Source: an uncultured delta proteobacterium
GTDB taxonomy: Bacteria > Myxococcota > Myxococcia > Myxococcales > Anaeromyxobacteraceae
Reading direction: 5' to 3'
NCBI GenBank assembly: GCA_963766715.1
Contig: CAVYBH010000017.1
Location: forward strand, 133,396-197,395
Length of the DNA: 64,000 bases
Under the pieces are notes generated by a model. It made no database searches and was not told the DNA's origin. It was given only the letters and a program-made list of their open reading frames with translations. The number at the start of each line of letters is the position of its first letter. The first letter of the stretch is position 1. Shown here in pieces: positions 12,765 through 24,700 of this stretch. The translations under genes and the position numbers were made by a program.

Positions 12765-15068
12765 TTGGCGCGCTGGGCCGCCTGGTTTGCCGCCGGGGCG
12801 GCCGCGGCCATCTCCTTGAAACCAGGGGCTTTCGCCATCGCGGGGGGTGCCGCAGCAGCGGCGGCCGGGCTGGCCTGGACCCCCGCCACGCCCCTCGCCT
12901 TCGCGGCTGCAGGATGGGTCGCGGGCGGGGTAGCCCGGACGGGGCGGCTCGCGCCGCCAGCCCCGTCGGCCACCCTCCGAGGCGCGGTGGTCTCCATGCC
13001 CCGTCACGACGAGGATCGGGCCCGGTTCACGGTGGAGGACGCGACCGCCGGACGGCTCGAGGTCTCCTCACCCGACCTGCCCGTGCCCCTGGCGCTCGGG
13101 GACGAGGTGCTCGTCTCGGCCGACGTCCGGGAGCTCCGGTCCGCCCGGAACCCGGGAGGCCGGGATCCCTCCTCCGTCTCCGTGGCCCACGGGGTCGCCG
13201 GGCAGGCCTGGACCCGCACCCCACCGGCCCGGACGGCGCCGCCCGCCCTCCTCTCCCGCGTCGCCGCGGCACGCATCGCGTTCGGCCTGGCGGCCTCCCG
13301 GGTGCTGCCTGCCCGCGAGGCCGCGCTCGTCCGCGCCATCGGGGCCGGAGACGAGTCGACGGTCGACGCCGACACCCGCGACCGCTTCGCCCGCAGCGGG
13401 CTGGCCCACGTGCTCTCGGTCTCCGGCCTCCACCTCGCGGTGGTCGCCCTGGGGACGTGGCGCGCGCTGCGAGCGGGCCTGGTCCGCCTCGAGCCCATCT
13501 CGTCCCGGTTCGACGTGCGGCGCGCCGCCGCCGTGGCCGCACTCCCGGTGACTGCCATCTACGCGGTGGCCACCGGCGCCTCGGTGCCCGTCGTCCGGTC
13601 GGCGGTCGCCACCGGCCTGGTCTTCGGATCGGTGCTCCTCGGCCGCCGCCCGGACGCTGGGCACGCCCTCGCCGTGGCGGCCATCGCCATCCTGGCCTGG
13701 GACCCGGGCTCCCTCGTCGACGTCTCCTTCCAGCTCTCCTTCGTGTCGGTGGGCGGCCTGCTCCTCCTCGCGGGCCCGCTCCGCCGGGCCTTGCCGGTGC
13801 ACCCCAATCCATCGCGTCTCACCGGCCGAGCCCTCGAGTCGGCCCTCCAGGGAGCCTGTGCGAGCGCCGCTGCGACGATGGCCACCGCGCCGCTCCTGGC
13901 CCTCCACTTCCGGCGCCTCTCGACCCTCGCCATCCCCGCCAACGCCGTGGGGTTGCCCTTCGCGTCGGCGCTCACGGTCCTCGCGGCGCTGGCCTTCCTG
14001 GCGAGCGCGGCGGCCCCTCCCCTCGCACCGGCGCTTCTCTGGCTCTGCCGCCCCTTCGCGACCGCGTTCCTCGCCGTGAACGACGCCTTCGCCGCTCCGC
14101 CCCTCGCCTCGGTGGGGATCGCCTCTCCTGGCTGGGGCCTCGTCGCAGCGGCCTACGCACTGGGAGGGGCGGCGCTGCTCTCGCGCGGGCGGAGGCGCTG
14201 GGTGCTCGCGGCCTGCGCCGCGGCGGCGGTCGCGCTGCCCGGACCGGCTCGCCTGCTGGCGGCCCGCCACCGCGCCGGCATCGAGGTGGTCTTCCTCTCG
14301 GTGGGCCAGGGGGACTGCACGCTCATCCGCCTGCCCGACGGCTCGGGCGTGGTGATCGACGCGGGGGGCGACCCGGCCGGGCGCTACGACCCCGGTGCAC
14401 GCGACGTCCTTCCCTTCCTCCTCGACATGGGTGTCGTCCGCCTCGCGGCCGCCTTCGTCTCCCATCCCCATCCCGACCACCTGCAGGGGCTCCCCGCCGT
14501 CGTGACGGGCCTGCGGGGAGAACGCGTCTTCGCCTCCTTCGACCGCGGCGACGCGGCGGCCCGCGCCGCGTTCGATCGGATGCCTCCCGCCCGCGTGCTC
14601 GCTGCCGGCGACGACCTCACCCTGGCGGGCGTGCGCTTCCGGGTCCTCGGGCCGCCCCGAGGGACGCACGGGCTCCGCGAGAACGACGCCTCCCTCGTCC
14701 TCCACGTGTCCTACGGCGCCACCTCCTTCCTGCTCCCCGGCGACGTCGAGTCCGCGGGAGAGGCGGCGCTCCTCGCCGGCGAGGTCCCTCGCGTCGACGT
14801 GGTGAAGGCGCCCCACCACGGCAGCCGCACCAGCTCCGGGCGCGGGCTCGTCCGCGCCACGCGGCCGCGCTGGGTGGTCTTCATGGTCGGCGCCGGGAAC
14901 CGGTACGGCTTCCCGCACGCGGAGACCGTGTCCCGGTGGCAGGAGGTCGGCGCCGAGCTCCTCCGCACCGATTCGGGGCCGGTGCGCTTTCGCTCCGACG
15001 GTCGCCAGGTCTGGCGCACGGACCCCGCCGCCGCGCTCGACGCCTGGGACCTCGCCGCCGGGAGGTGA
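12765..15068 (+). CDS. comEC: ComEC/Rec2 DNA uptake protein (start uncertain)
   Basis: GLAHVLSVSGLH, SFQLSF, multiple TM segments, VGQGD, MBL SHPHPDH, HHGS. Confidence 0.92.
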   Translation: MARWAAWFAAGAAAAISLKPGAFAIAGGAAAAAAGLAWTPATPLAFAAAGWVAGGVARTGRLAPPAPSATLRGAVVSMPRHDEDRARFTVEDATAGRLEVSSPDLPVPLALGDEVLVSADVRELRSARNPGGRDPSSVSVAHGVAGQAWTRTPPARTAPPALLSRVAAARIAFGLAASRVLPAREAALVRAIGAGDESTVDADTRDRFARSGLAHVLSVSGLHLAVVALGTWRALRAGLVRLEPISSRFDVRRAAAVAALPVTAIYAVATGASVPVVRSAVATGLVFGSVLLGRRPDAGHALAVAAIAILAWDPGSLVDVSFQLSFVSVGGLLLLAGPLRRALPVHPNPSRLTGRALESALQGACASAAATMATAPLLALHFRRLSTLAIPANAVGLPFASALTVLAALAFLASAAAPPLAPALLWLCRPFATAFLAVNDAFAAPPLASVGIASPGWGLVAAAYALGGAALLSRGRRRWVLAACAAAAVALPGPARLLAARHRAGIEVVFLSVGQGDCTLIRLPDGSGVVIDAGGDPAGRYDPGARDVLPFLLDMGVVRLAAAFVSHPHPDHLQGLPAVVTGLRGERVFASFDRGDAAARAAFDRMPPARVLAAGDDLTLAGVRFRVLGPPRGTHGLRENDASLVLHVSYGATSFLLPGDVESAGEAALLAGEVPRVDVVKAPHHGSRTSSGRGLVRATRPRWVVFMVGAGNRYGFPHAETVSRWQEVGAELLRTDSGPVRFRSDGRQVWRTDPAAALDAWDLAAGR

Positions 15069-15072
15069 CGCC

Positions 15073-15807
15073 GTGCAGAGCCACGTCCTCGTCCAGGAGC
15101 CTGGTAAGCCGGACCGCGAGTGGCCGCTCTCGCCGGGGGAGACCGCGGAGCCCCTCCCCTCGGTCCGCGTCTCGGCGGCGGAGGCCGCCGGGGTCGTCAT
15201 CGAGCCCTCCGTCCGGCGGATCACGGTGGGTGGACGGGTCCTGCGCGGCGGGGAGCGACGGCTCCTCCGGCCGGGTGAGGTGGCACGGGTGGGGGAAGCC
15301 CGGATCGTCGCGTCGAGCCGCGAACCGGGCACGGCCACCCAGGCGCGCGGGCTCCTGCTCGCGGCGCTCCGCGGGGAGGAGGTCCGCTTCGGGCCGGGCC
15401 TCGACGTCCTGGAAGGCCCGGAGGCGGGACGCCTCCTGCCGCTGCGGGAGGGCGTGCTCGGCCGGGGATCGCCGGCCACGCTGCGCCTCGCCGATCCGTC
15501 GCTCTCCCGGAGTCACGCCCGGATCCGGGTCGAGGGCGGGCGGGTGCTCGTGGAGGATCTGGGGAGCAAGAACGGCACCTGGCTGCGAGGAGCGCCCATC
15601 TCCTCGCTCCGGGAGCTCCGCCCCGGCGACGAGGCGCGTGCGGGGCGCACCGTGTTCGCCCTTGCGCTCACCGCCGGCGCTGGAACGCAGCCTCCGCCTT
15701 CCCGGCGGGAGCCGGCGCCGCCGGCTCGCATGAGCCGGCTGGCCCGCGCCGCGCTGGCCGTGGCCATCGGGGCAGCGGCCGCCGCCGCGGCGATCGCCTC
15801 CTCGTGA
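15073..15807 (+). CDS. FHA-domain protein with hydrophobic C-terminus
   Basis: LGR...LSRSHARI...EDLGSKNGT. Confidence 0.85.
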   Translation: MQSHVLVQEPGKPDREWPLSPGETAEPLPSVRVSAAEAAGVVIEPSVRRITVGGRVLRGGERRLLRPGEVARVGEARIVASSREPGTATQARGLLLAALRGEEVRFGPGLDVLEGPEAGRLLPLREGVLGRGSPATLRLADPSLSRSHARIRVEGGRVLVEDLGSKNGTWLRGAPISSLRELRPGDEARAGRTVFALALTAGAGTQPPPSRREPAPPARMSRLARAALAVAIGAAAAAAAIASS

Positions 15808-15816
15808 CCCGTCCGG

Positions 15817-16740
15817 CTAGAGGCGGGCGCCCATGCCGCGATAGGCGTTCTCGAGGGCATCGAAGTCGCGCAGGACGGTCGCGCCGGCGTCCCGGAAGGG
15901 CTCGACTCGCCCGTTCGTGGCAGCCCCTCCGACGAGGATGTCCACGCCCCGCGGAAGCGCCTGGGCGATGGTGCCTGCGACCTGCTCGGGCGGGATTTCG
16001 CCGGTCACGGTCATCCCGAGCACCACCACCCGGGCTCCGGTGCGCCGGACCGCCTCCACCACGTCCGCGTGCGGAAGGTCCGCCCCCAGGTAGATGACGC
16101 CCAGGCCCGCCGTGGCCCCCAGCATCGCCGCGGCCAGGATGCCGATCTCGTGCCGCTCGCCCGCGGGCGTGGCGAACACGACACCCGCCCGGCCGTCTCG
16201 CGGCGCCTGGACCCGGACCAGCGAGCCGAGGAGGTTTCGCATGGCGCCGGTGGCCAGGTGCTCCTGGGCGACGGTGAACTGGCCCCGCTCCCAGGCATCC
16301 CCGACCTCCCGCATCAGCGGGAGCACCACCTGGAAGACCAGCTCGCGGGCCGACAGCACCGCGGCGAGCTTCCCCACCTGGCGGTCCAGCGCGGCCATGT
16401 CGTACCGGTCGATGGCCTCGAAGAGCGCGCGCAGGTCAATCTGGTCGGCCTTGCCGTCGCGGTCCCGCGGCTCGAGACCCGCCTCCAGCAGGCGCGAGAG
16501 CTCGGCGTCGCCCATGTTGGCGATCCGCCCGATCGCGTGCCCCCGCTCGACGAGCCGCCGGAGCAGCTTCAGCTTCTGGACGTCGGGCTCGGCGTAGAGC
16601 CGGCCGCAATCGTCCCGGCCGGGCTCCACGGCGCCGTAGCGCCGCTCCCACGCGCGGAGGGTGTCGATGGGGATCCCGGTCAGTCGGGCGACGACCCGGA
16701 TCGGGTACTTGCCTGGACCTCTCTCGGCGGATGCGTCCAT
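15817..16740 (-). CDS. carH: CarH/LitR-type MerR regulator with cobalamin-binding domain
   Basis: MerR TLRAWERRYG, W-x9-EH (WERGQFTVAQEH), ExHxxG (GERHEIG), YLGADLP. Confidence 0.88.
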   Translation of the reverse strand: MDASAERGPGKYPIRVVARLTGIPIDTLRAWERRYGAVEPGRDDCGRLYAEPDVQKLKLLRRLVERGHAIGRIANMGDAELSRLLEAGLEPRDRDGKADQIDLRALFEAIDRYDMAALDRQVGKLAAVLSARELVFQVVLPLMREVGDAWERGQFTVAQEHLATGAMRNLLGSLVRVQAPRDGRAGVVFATPAGERHEIGILAAAMLGATAGLGVIYLGADLPHADVVEAVRRTGARVVVLGMTVTGEIPPEQVAGTIAQALPRGVDILVGGAATNGRVEPFRDAGATVLRDFDALENAYRGMGARL

Positions 16741-16768
16741 GGAATCCACTTAGCAGGACGACAAGCGC

Positions 16769-16797
16769 TTGCAAGTCATTTGCAATGCCTTTATCCA
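16769..16797. promoter_or_regulatory. Candidate CarH operator (11-bp periodic repeats)
   Basis: TTGCAA at 16769 and 16780, TTATCC at 16791, in an AT-richer divergent intergenic region. Confidence 0.45.
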
Positions 16798-16850
16798 TGA
16801 CAACGATCGCCCCGTGGACGATCAAGGACTTGTCGAAGGGAGCTGCCCGA

Positions 16851-17333
16851 ATGACCCCGTTCCACATCCTCGAACGGCACCAGACCGTGCCCCTGAGCCG
16901 GGCCGAGGTGTTCGCCTTCTTCGCCGACCCGCGGAACCTCGAGGCCATCACCCCCGATTTCCTCCGGTTCCGGATCCTTCCCCCGGTGCCGTCCACGCTG
17001 CAGGTGGAATCCCGCATCGACTACCGGCTGTCGCTCTTCGGCGTCCCGTTCCGGTGGCGGACCCGGATCGCCGCCTGGCGCCCGGGCGAGCGCTTCGTGG
17101 ACGTCCAGGAACGCGGTCCCTACGCCCTCTGGCACCACACGCACACCTTCCGCGACGTCGACGGGGGGACCCAGGTCTCCGATCGGGTCGAGTACGCCCT
17201 TCCCCTCGGCGTCCTGGGCGCGGCGGCCCACCCGCTCATGGTCCGTCGCACGCTGGCCCGGATCTTCGATCACCGGCGCGAGCGCGTCGCCGCCCTGCTG
17301 GGCGGCGCGCCGATGTCGCAGCGAGCGGCCTGA
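16851..17333 (+). CDS. SRPBCC-family ligand-binding protein
   Basis: VFAFFADPRNLEAITP, FVDVQERGPY..WHHTH, DRVEY. Confidence 0.85.
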   Translation: MTPFHILERHQTVPLSRAEVFAFFADPRNLEAITPDFLRFRILPPVPSTLQVESRIDYRLSLFGVPFRWRTRIAAWRPGERFVDVQERGPYALWHHTHTFRDVDGGTQVSDRVEYALPLGVLGAAAHPLMVRRTLARIFDHRRERVAALLGGAPMSQRAA

Positions 17334-19713
<2,380 letters not shown>

Positions 19714-19724
19714 GGGGTCGGGGC

Positions 19725-21312
19725 TCAGAGCCGGATGCGCCGCACTTCGCGGACGTGGGGAATGGAGCGGAGGGCGTCGAGGACGGCCGAGGGGGGCTCG
19801 GAGTCGACGTTCAGGAGCGACACCGCCGCGGCGCCGGTCGAATCCCGGGAGAGCGAGATGCCGGCGATGTTCACGCCGGCGGCGCCGAGCGACGTGCCGA
19901 TGTTCCCCACCACGCCCGGCGAGTCGTCGTTCACGCAGAGGATGATGTGCCCCTCCGGGACCGCCTCGAGGCGGAACTGGTTGACCCGCACGATGCGGAG
20001 GTCGCGGCGGCCGAAGACCGTGCCGGCCACCACCGCCTCCCCGCCCTGCCCGGTCACCGACACGGTCACCAGGCTCGCGTAGTCCTGGTGCCCGGCCACC
20101 TGCTCCTCGCGGACGGTGATCCCGCGCTCCCGCGCGATTCCCGGAGCGCTCACCTCGTTCACCGGCTGCGCCTCGACGTGGGAGAGCATCCCCGAGAGCA
20201 CGGCGGCGGTGAGCGGGCGCGGCGAGGCCTCGGCGACGTCGCCGGCGTAGGACACGCGAACCTCCCGGACCCCGCTCGGGCCGATCTGGGCGGCCAGCGA
20301 GCCCAGCTTCCCGGCCGAGCTCCAGGTAGGGTCCGAACCGCTCCAGCGCCTCCCGCGACATCGACGGCACGTTGACCGCGTTCTTCACCTCGCCCCGGGT
20401 CAGGAAGGCCGCCAGCTGCTCGGCGATGCCCACCGCCACGGCGGCCTGGGCCTCCTCGGTGGAGGCCCCCAGGTGCGGCGTGCAGATGAACCCGTCGAGC
20501 CGGAGGAGCGGGTTGTCGGGCGACACCGGCTCCTTCTCGAACACGTCGAGGGCCGCACCGCCCACGTGGCCGGAGGCGAGCGCGTCGGCCAGCGCCTTCT
20601 CGTCGACCAGCCCCCCGCGCGCGCAGTTCACGAGGAGGACCCCCTTCTTCATCTGCGCGAGGCTCGCCGCGTTCACCACGTTGCGGGTCTTCTCGGTGAG
20701 CGGGACGTGGAGCGAGATGACGTCGGCCCGCTTCCAGACCTGCTCGAGCGGAACGAGCTCGACGCCCATCAGCGCGGCGGCCTCCTCCGAGACGAACGGG
20801 TCGAAGGCCACCACGCTCATCTTCATGGCGCGGGCCCGGTCGACCACCACCGACCCGATGTTGCCGATCCCCACCACGCCGAGCGTCTTGCCCGCGAGCT
20901 CGTGTCCCTGGAACCGCTTCTTCTCCCACTTCCCGCCCTTCACGCTGGCGGTGGCCTGCGCGATGTGGCGGGACAGGGCGAGCATCATGGCGAGCGCGAG
21001 CTCCGCGACGGTCACCGACGAGCCCCCGGGCGTGTTCATCACCACCACGCCGCGCCGCGTGGCCGCATCCAGGTCGACGTTGTCGACCCCCACCCCGGCC
21101 CGCCCCACCACCCGGAGCCGCGTCGCCTTCTCGAGCACGGCGGCCGTGATCTTGGTGGCGCTGCGGACGGCGATGGCGTCGTAGTCGCCCACCGCAGCCA
21201 GCAGCTCCTCCGGCTTCAGCCCGACCCGGACGTCGACCTCGAGCCCGGCCCGACGGAGGATCTCCACACCCTCGGCGGAGAGGTCGTCGGCGACGAGCAC
21301 GCGGTGAGCCAT
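19725..21312 (-). CDS. serA: D-3-phosphoglycerate dehydrogenase with ASB/ACT domains (frameshifts ~20260-20315)
   Basis: GRAGVGVDN, GIGNIG, NCARGG, PHLGAST, C-terminal ACT. Confidence 0.95.
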
Positions 21313-21371
21313 GAATACTCCCGGGGGACGATGCGGGTGGACCCCGGAGTTAACAGGGCACCCGGGAAGCG

Positions 21372-22046
21372 TCAATTCGACGGGATGGGCACGCCCGGAG
21401 CCAGGATCGCTCCCAGCGCCGCCGACACCACCTGGCGCTTCATCCGCTCGAGCTCCTCCTCGGACGGGTGCGGTGCGGTCAGGAGGCCCGTGACCATGCC
21501 GGCCAGGTTCATGTCGAGGACGCCGAGCACGCTGGCCGCCGCCACCAGCGCGTCGAGGTCGGTGCGGACCTGCCCTTCGCGCTGTCCGCGGACGACCATG
21601 TCGGCGACCAGCCGGATGGCGGTCTCGAAGGTCTGCCGCGTGCTGCCGGCCCGCAGGACGTCCGGCGTGCGAGGCACCTCGAGGATGAGCACCCGGACCG
21701 CCGCCGGCGCGGTGCGGAAGACGTCGAGCGCGAAGCGGATCACCGAGGCGATCTGCTCGGCCGCCGTCCCCGGACCCTCGGCGATGGCCCGGATGGCGCC
21801 GATGAAGAGGGTCCACTGCTCGTCGAAGACGCTCTCGAGCAGCTCGTCCTTGTTCCGGAAGTAGTGGTAGACGAGCCCGTAGGCGACGCCGGCCTGGCTC
21901 GCCACGTCGGCGATGCGACAGCCGTGGTAGCCCCGCTCGGCGAAGACCTTGAGGGCGGCGTGGAGGATGGCGCGCCGCTTCTCCGGCTCGCCCTCGATGG
22001 GCTGGCTGGCTCGGGTCTCGTCGGTCGGGATTCGCTGGCGGGCCAC
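21372..22046 (-). CDS. TetR/AcrR-family regulator
   Basis: ILHAALKVFAERGY...AGVAYGLVYHYFRNKDEL. Confidence 0.92.
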   Translation of the reverse strand: MARQRIPTDETRASQPIEGEPEKRRAILHAALKVFAERGYHGCRIADVASQAGVAYGLVYHYFRNKDELLESVFDEQWTLFIGAIRAIAEGPGTAAEQIASVIRFALDVFRTAPAAVRVLILEVPRTPDVLRAGSTRQTFETAIRLVADMVVRGQREGQVRTDLDALVAAASVLGVLDMNLAGMVTGLLTAPHPSEEELERMKRQVVSAALGAILAPGVPIPSN

Positions 22047-22050
22047 GTTT

Positions 22051-22099
22051 TTGACTCCAGAATCAACGTCAGGCTACGCGCCCGCGCGGGTCCAGTCAA
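22051..22099 (-). promoter_or_regulatory. tetR promoter plus imperfect palindrome
   Basis: TTGACT-N17-TAGCCT (22099-22071); palindrome TTGACTCCAGAATCAA at 22051-22066. Confidence 0.55.
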
Positions 22100-22119
22100 A
22101 CCCTCCATGGCGGGGTCCC

Positions 22120-24697
22120 TCAAGGGATGAGCGTCAGGCCGGTGATGGCCGACAGGTCGAGCCCGGCCGACACCCCGTAGTACCCGCACTGCGACACCCG
22201 GACCTGGACGAGCGCGCGCCAGCAGTTGCACGGAGAGTCCCAGCTGGCGGTGACGGTGTTCTGCTGCATCGACGGCCCGACCGGCACCGCCGCGCCGCCG
22301 CCGCAAGGCGTGGCGTAGACGGTCCGGACCGAGAAGAGCGTGTCCCACTGCACGTCGAGGCCGCCGACCACGTGCACCTTGAGCGCGGCGGTCCCCTGCC
22401 CGAAGGTCTGGAAGGGGATGGGGCGTGGGTCGAAGAGCGGATCGAGCCCGGCCTTCAGCGTGGCCGAGGCCGCCGACGAGAGGGCCAGGAAGCCGAAGGT
22501 CAGCTTGTCCCCGCGCCCGTCGTGCGCGGCCAGGTCGAACCGGACCTCGGTGAAGCTGTCGAGGAAGCCGGGATCGAGCGAGCCCCAGGTCCCGGTGGCG
22601 GGGGTGGCGCCGAAGGCCAGGAAGCGGGCCAGCAGCAATCCCTCCACCGGTCCCCACGCGGCCGCGCCCCGGACGAAGGTCTCCCCCAGGCGACCGCCGG
22701 ACAGGTCGAGGTCCTGGCCGAGATCGAGGTCGAGACGGGTCATCGACGTCGAGTCGGCGCCGGGAGCGACGAGCCGGTTGCGCAGGGACAGGCGCATCTG
22801 GTTGAAGCCGCCCGGGAGGGTGGACGAGAGGGTTCGGAGCGGCAGGCACCCGCCGGAGACGCCGGTGGGAGGGGCGATGCAGGGAGCGCCCGCGAGGACC
22901 GGCGCCGCGTCGCGCTCGTCGTAGGCGTAGGCCGGGAGCGGCGTGCCGGCGATGCCGGTGGAGCCGCGCCACTCGACGCGCGGCTCGATGACGTGCCGGA
23001 GCGCGCTCGGCGCCCTCGCCGAAGGTCCGCGACAGGGAGGTCGAGAGGACGGCCCCGCCGCTCACCCACCCGCTGGCGAGCGAGGGCTGTGCTCCGGCGC
23101 CGAAGAGGTAACCCGCCCCGTTCGCCGCCACCCAGGGCTCGAGCACGGCGAGACCCGCGATCGGCAGCGGCGCGCGCGCCTCGGCACGAGCCCAGGCCCG
23201 CGAGGCGGAGAGTCGCTGCCCCGCCACCCAGACGTCCCCGGGGGGAGGCGCCGGCCCCAGCCAGCCTCGCTCGCCGGGGCCGAGACCGCCCACGCTCTGG
23301 TCGGTGATCCCGGAGATGGGCGCGAAGCGCGCCAGCCCGACCTGGCCGGAGAGTCGCAGCGGGCCGGCCACCTCGAGGGGGAGCAGGGTCGCGGAGATCG
23401 CCGGCAGCCGGTGGAACGAAGGAACGCTTCCCCCGAAGAGCCCGAACGGCACGAGCGGGATCTCCGCCTGTCCCGGCGGGCTCGCCTGGCCCAGGGTGCC
23501 GATCTGCTCGTTGTAGGCGAGGTCGGCCTCGAGCAGGACGTGCGGGAAGGCGTACCCCGCCGCCACGGACGATCGGTGATAGGCCGCGCTGCGCTGCAGG
23601 AGGTCGCCGATGAAGTCCTCGGGCCAGGCCGCGTCGCCCACGAGGAAGGCCTCGGCGTTCACGAAGCCCGTCCCGCCGACGCGGGCGTCGCTGCGCATCG
23701 CGAAGCCCAGGCGGAGGTCGTCGGCCGGCTTCCAGCGGTACGGGAGCGTGTCCTGCTGGAGGAGGAGCTTCGCCTCCCCGTTCACGCCCGGGAGCGGCGC
23801 CCAGCGGAACTGGAGCGCGCCGCCCACGCCCCGGACACCCGGGTCCTGCCCCTTCGAGATCCGGTCGTCGATGGTCGACTGCGAAGGGCCGAAGGCGTAA
23901 CCGGCCGTGAAGGTCAGGTCGTAGCTCTCCCCCAGCGTGAGGAAGAAGGGCTCGGCGAGCCACCATCCGGTGCGCGAGCCCACGTCCACCGTCGGGAACA
24001 GGAGGCCGGTCTGCCGGCCGGAGAGGGGCACCTGGAGCCAGGGAAGCGGCAGGATTGGGATGGGATGGTCGATGAAGAGGAAGCGCGGCGTGACGTAGAG
24101 CACGGGCCAGGTGAGGGTCGCGGTCCGCCCGGGCTCGATCTCGGCCTTCTCGGCCCGGATCTCCCAGGAAGGCGCCCCGCCGCAGCAATCGCACAGGGTG
24201 AGCCGGACTCCCTCGGCGGTGAACCGGGTCGCGGCGTCGCCGGCCGGAGCGACGCCCGAGGCGAGATTGGTCCGGATGGTCAGCCGGTTGCGCCCGTCGC
24301 GCTCGGCGTCGGCGATGGTGGCGTCGCGGGAGAGGTCGAGCGGCGTCGACTTGTAGAACGCGACGACGCCGCGGGCCTCCCACGGGCCGTCCATCACGGC
24401 GTGCACGCCGTCGGCGGCCACCACCCGCCCCGGAGCCGTCAGGAGCACGTCGCCGGTGGCGTCGACCGCCCCGGTGCGCGGGTCGTAGCTTCCGAGGCGC
24501 GCGCGGAGGAGGACGGCTCCCCGCCGCAGCCGCACGCCGTCCTCCAGATGGAATCGCTCGGTGGCGACGTCGTACGTGATGACCCCGGCCTCGACCTCCA
24601 CCGGGCCGCCGGGGCCCGGCAGCGAGGCCGACGCGGCCGAGGCCGCGCCCGGATGGAGCAGCAGCAGCGCGACCAGGAGCGCGAAGGACCGCGTCAC
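22120..24697 (-). CDS. lptD: LPS-assembly protein LptD-like (apparent frameshift ~23010)
   Basis: Signal peptide, OstA-like N-terminus, TLC..PSWEIRA, RQTGLLFP, beta-barrel, SPCNCW near end. Confidence 0.8.
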
Positions 24698-24700
24698 CCG

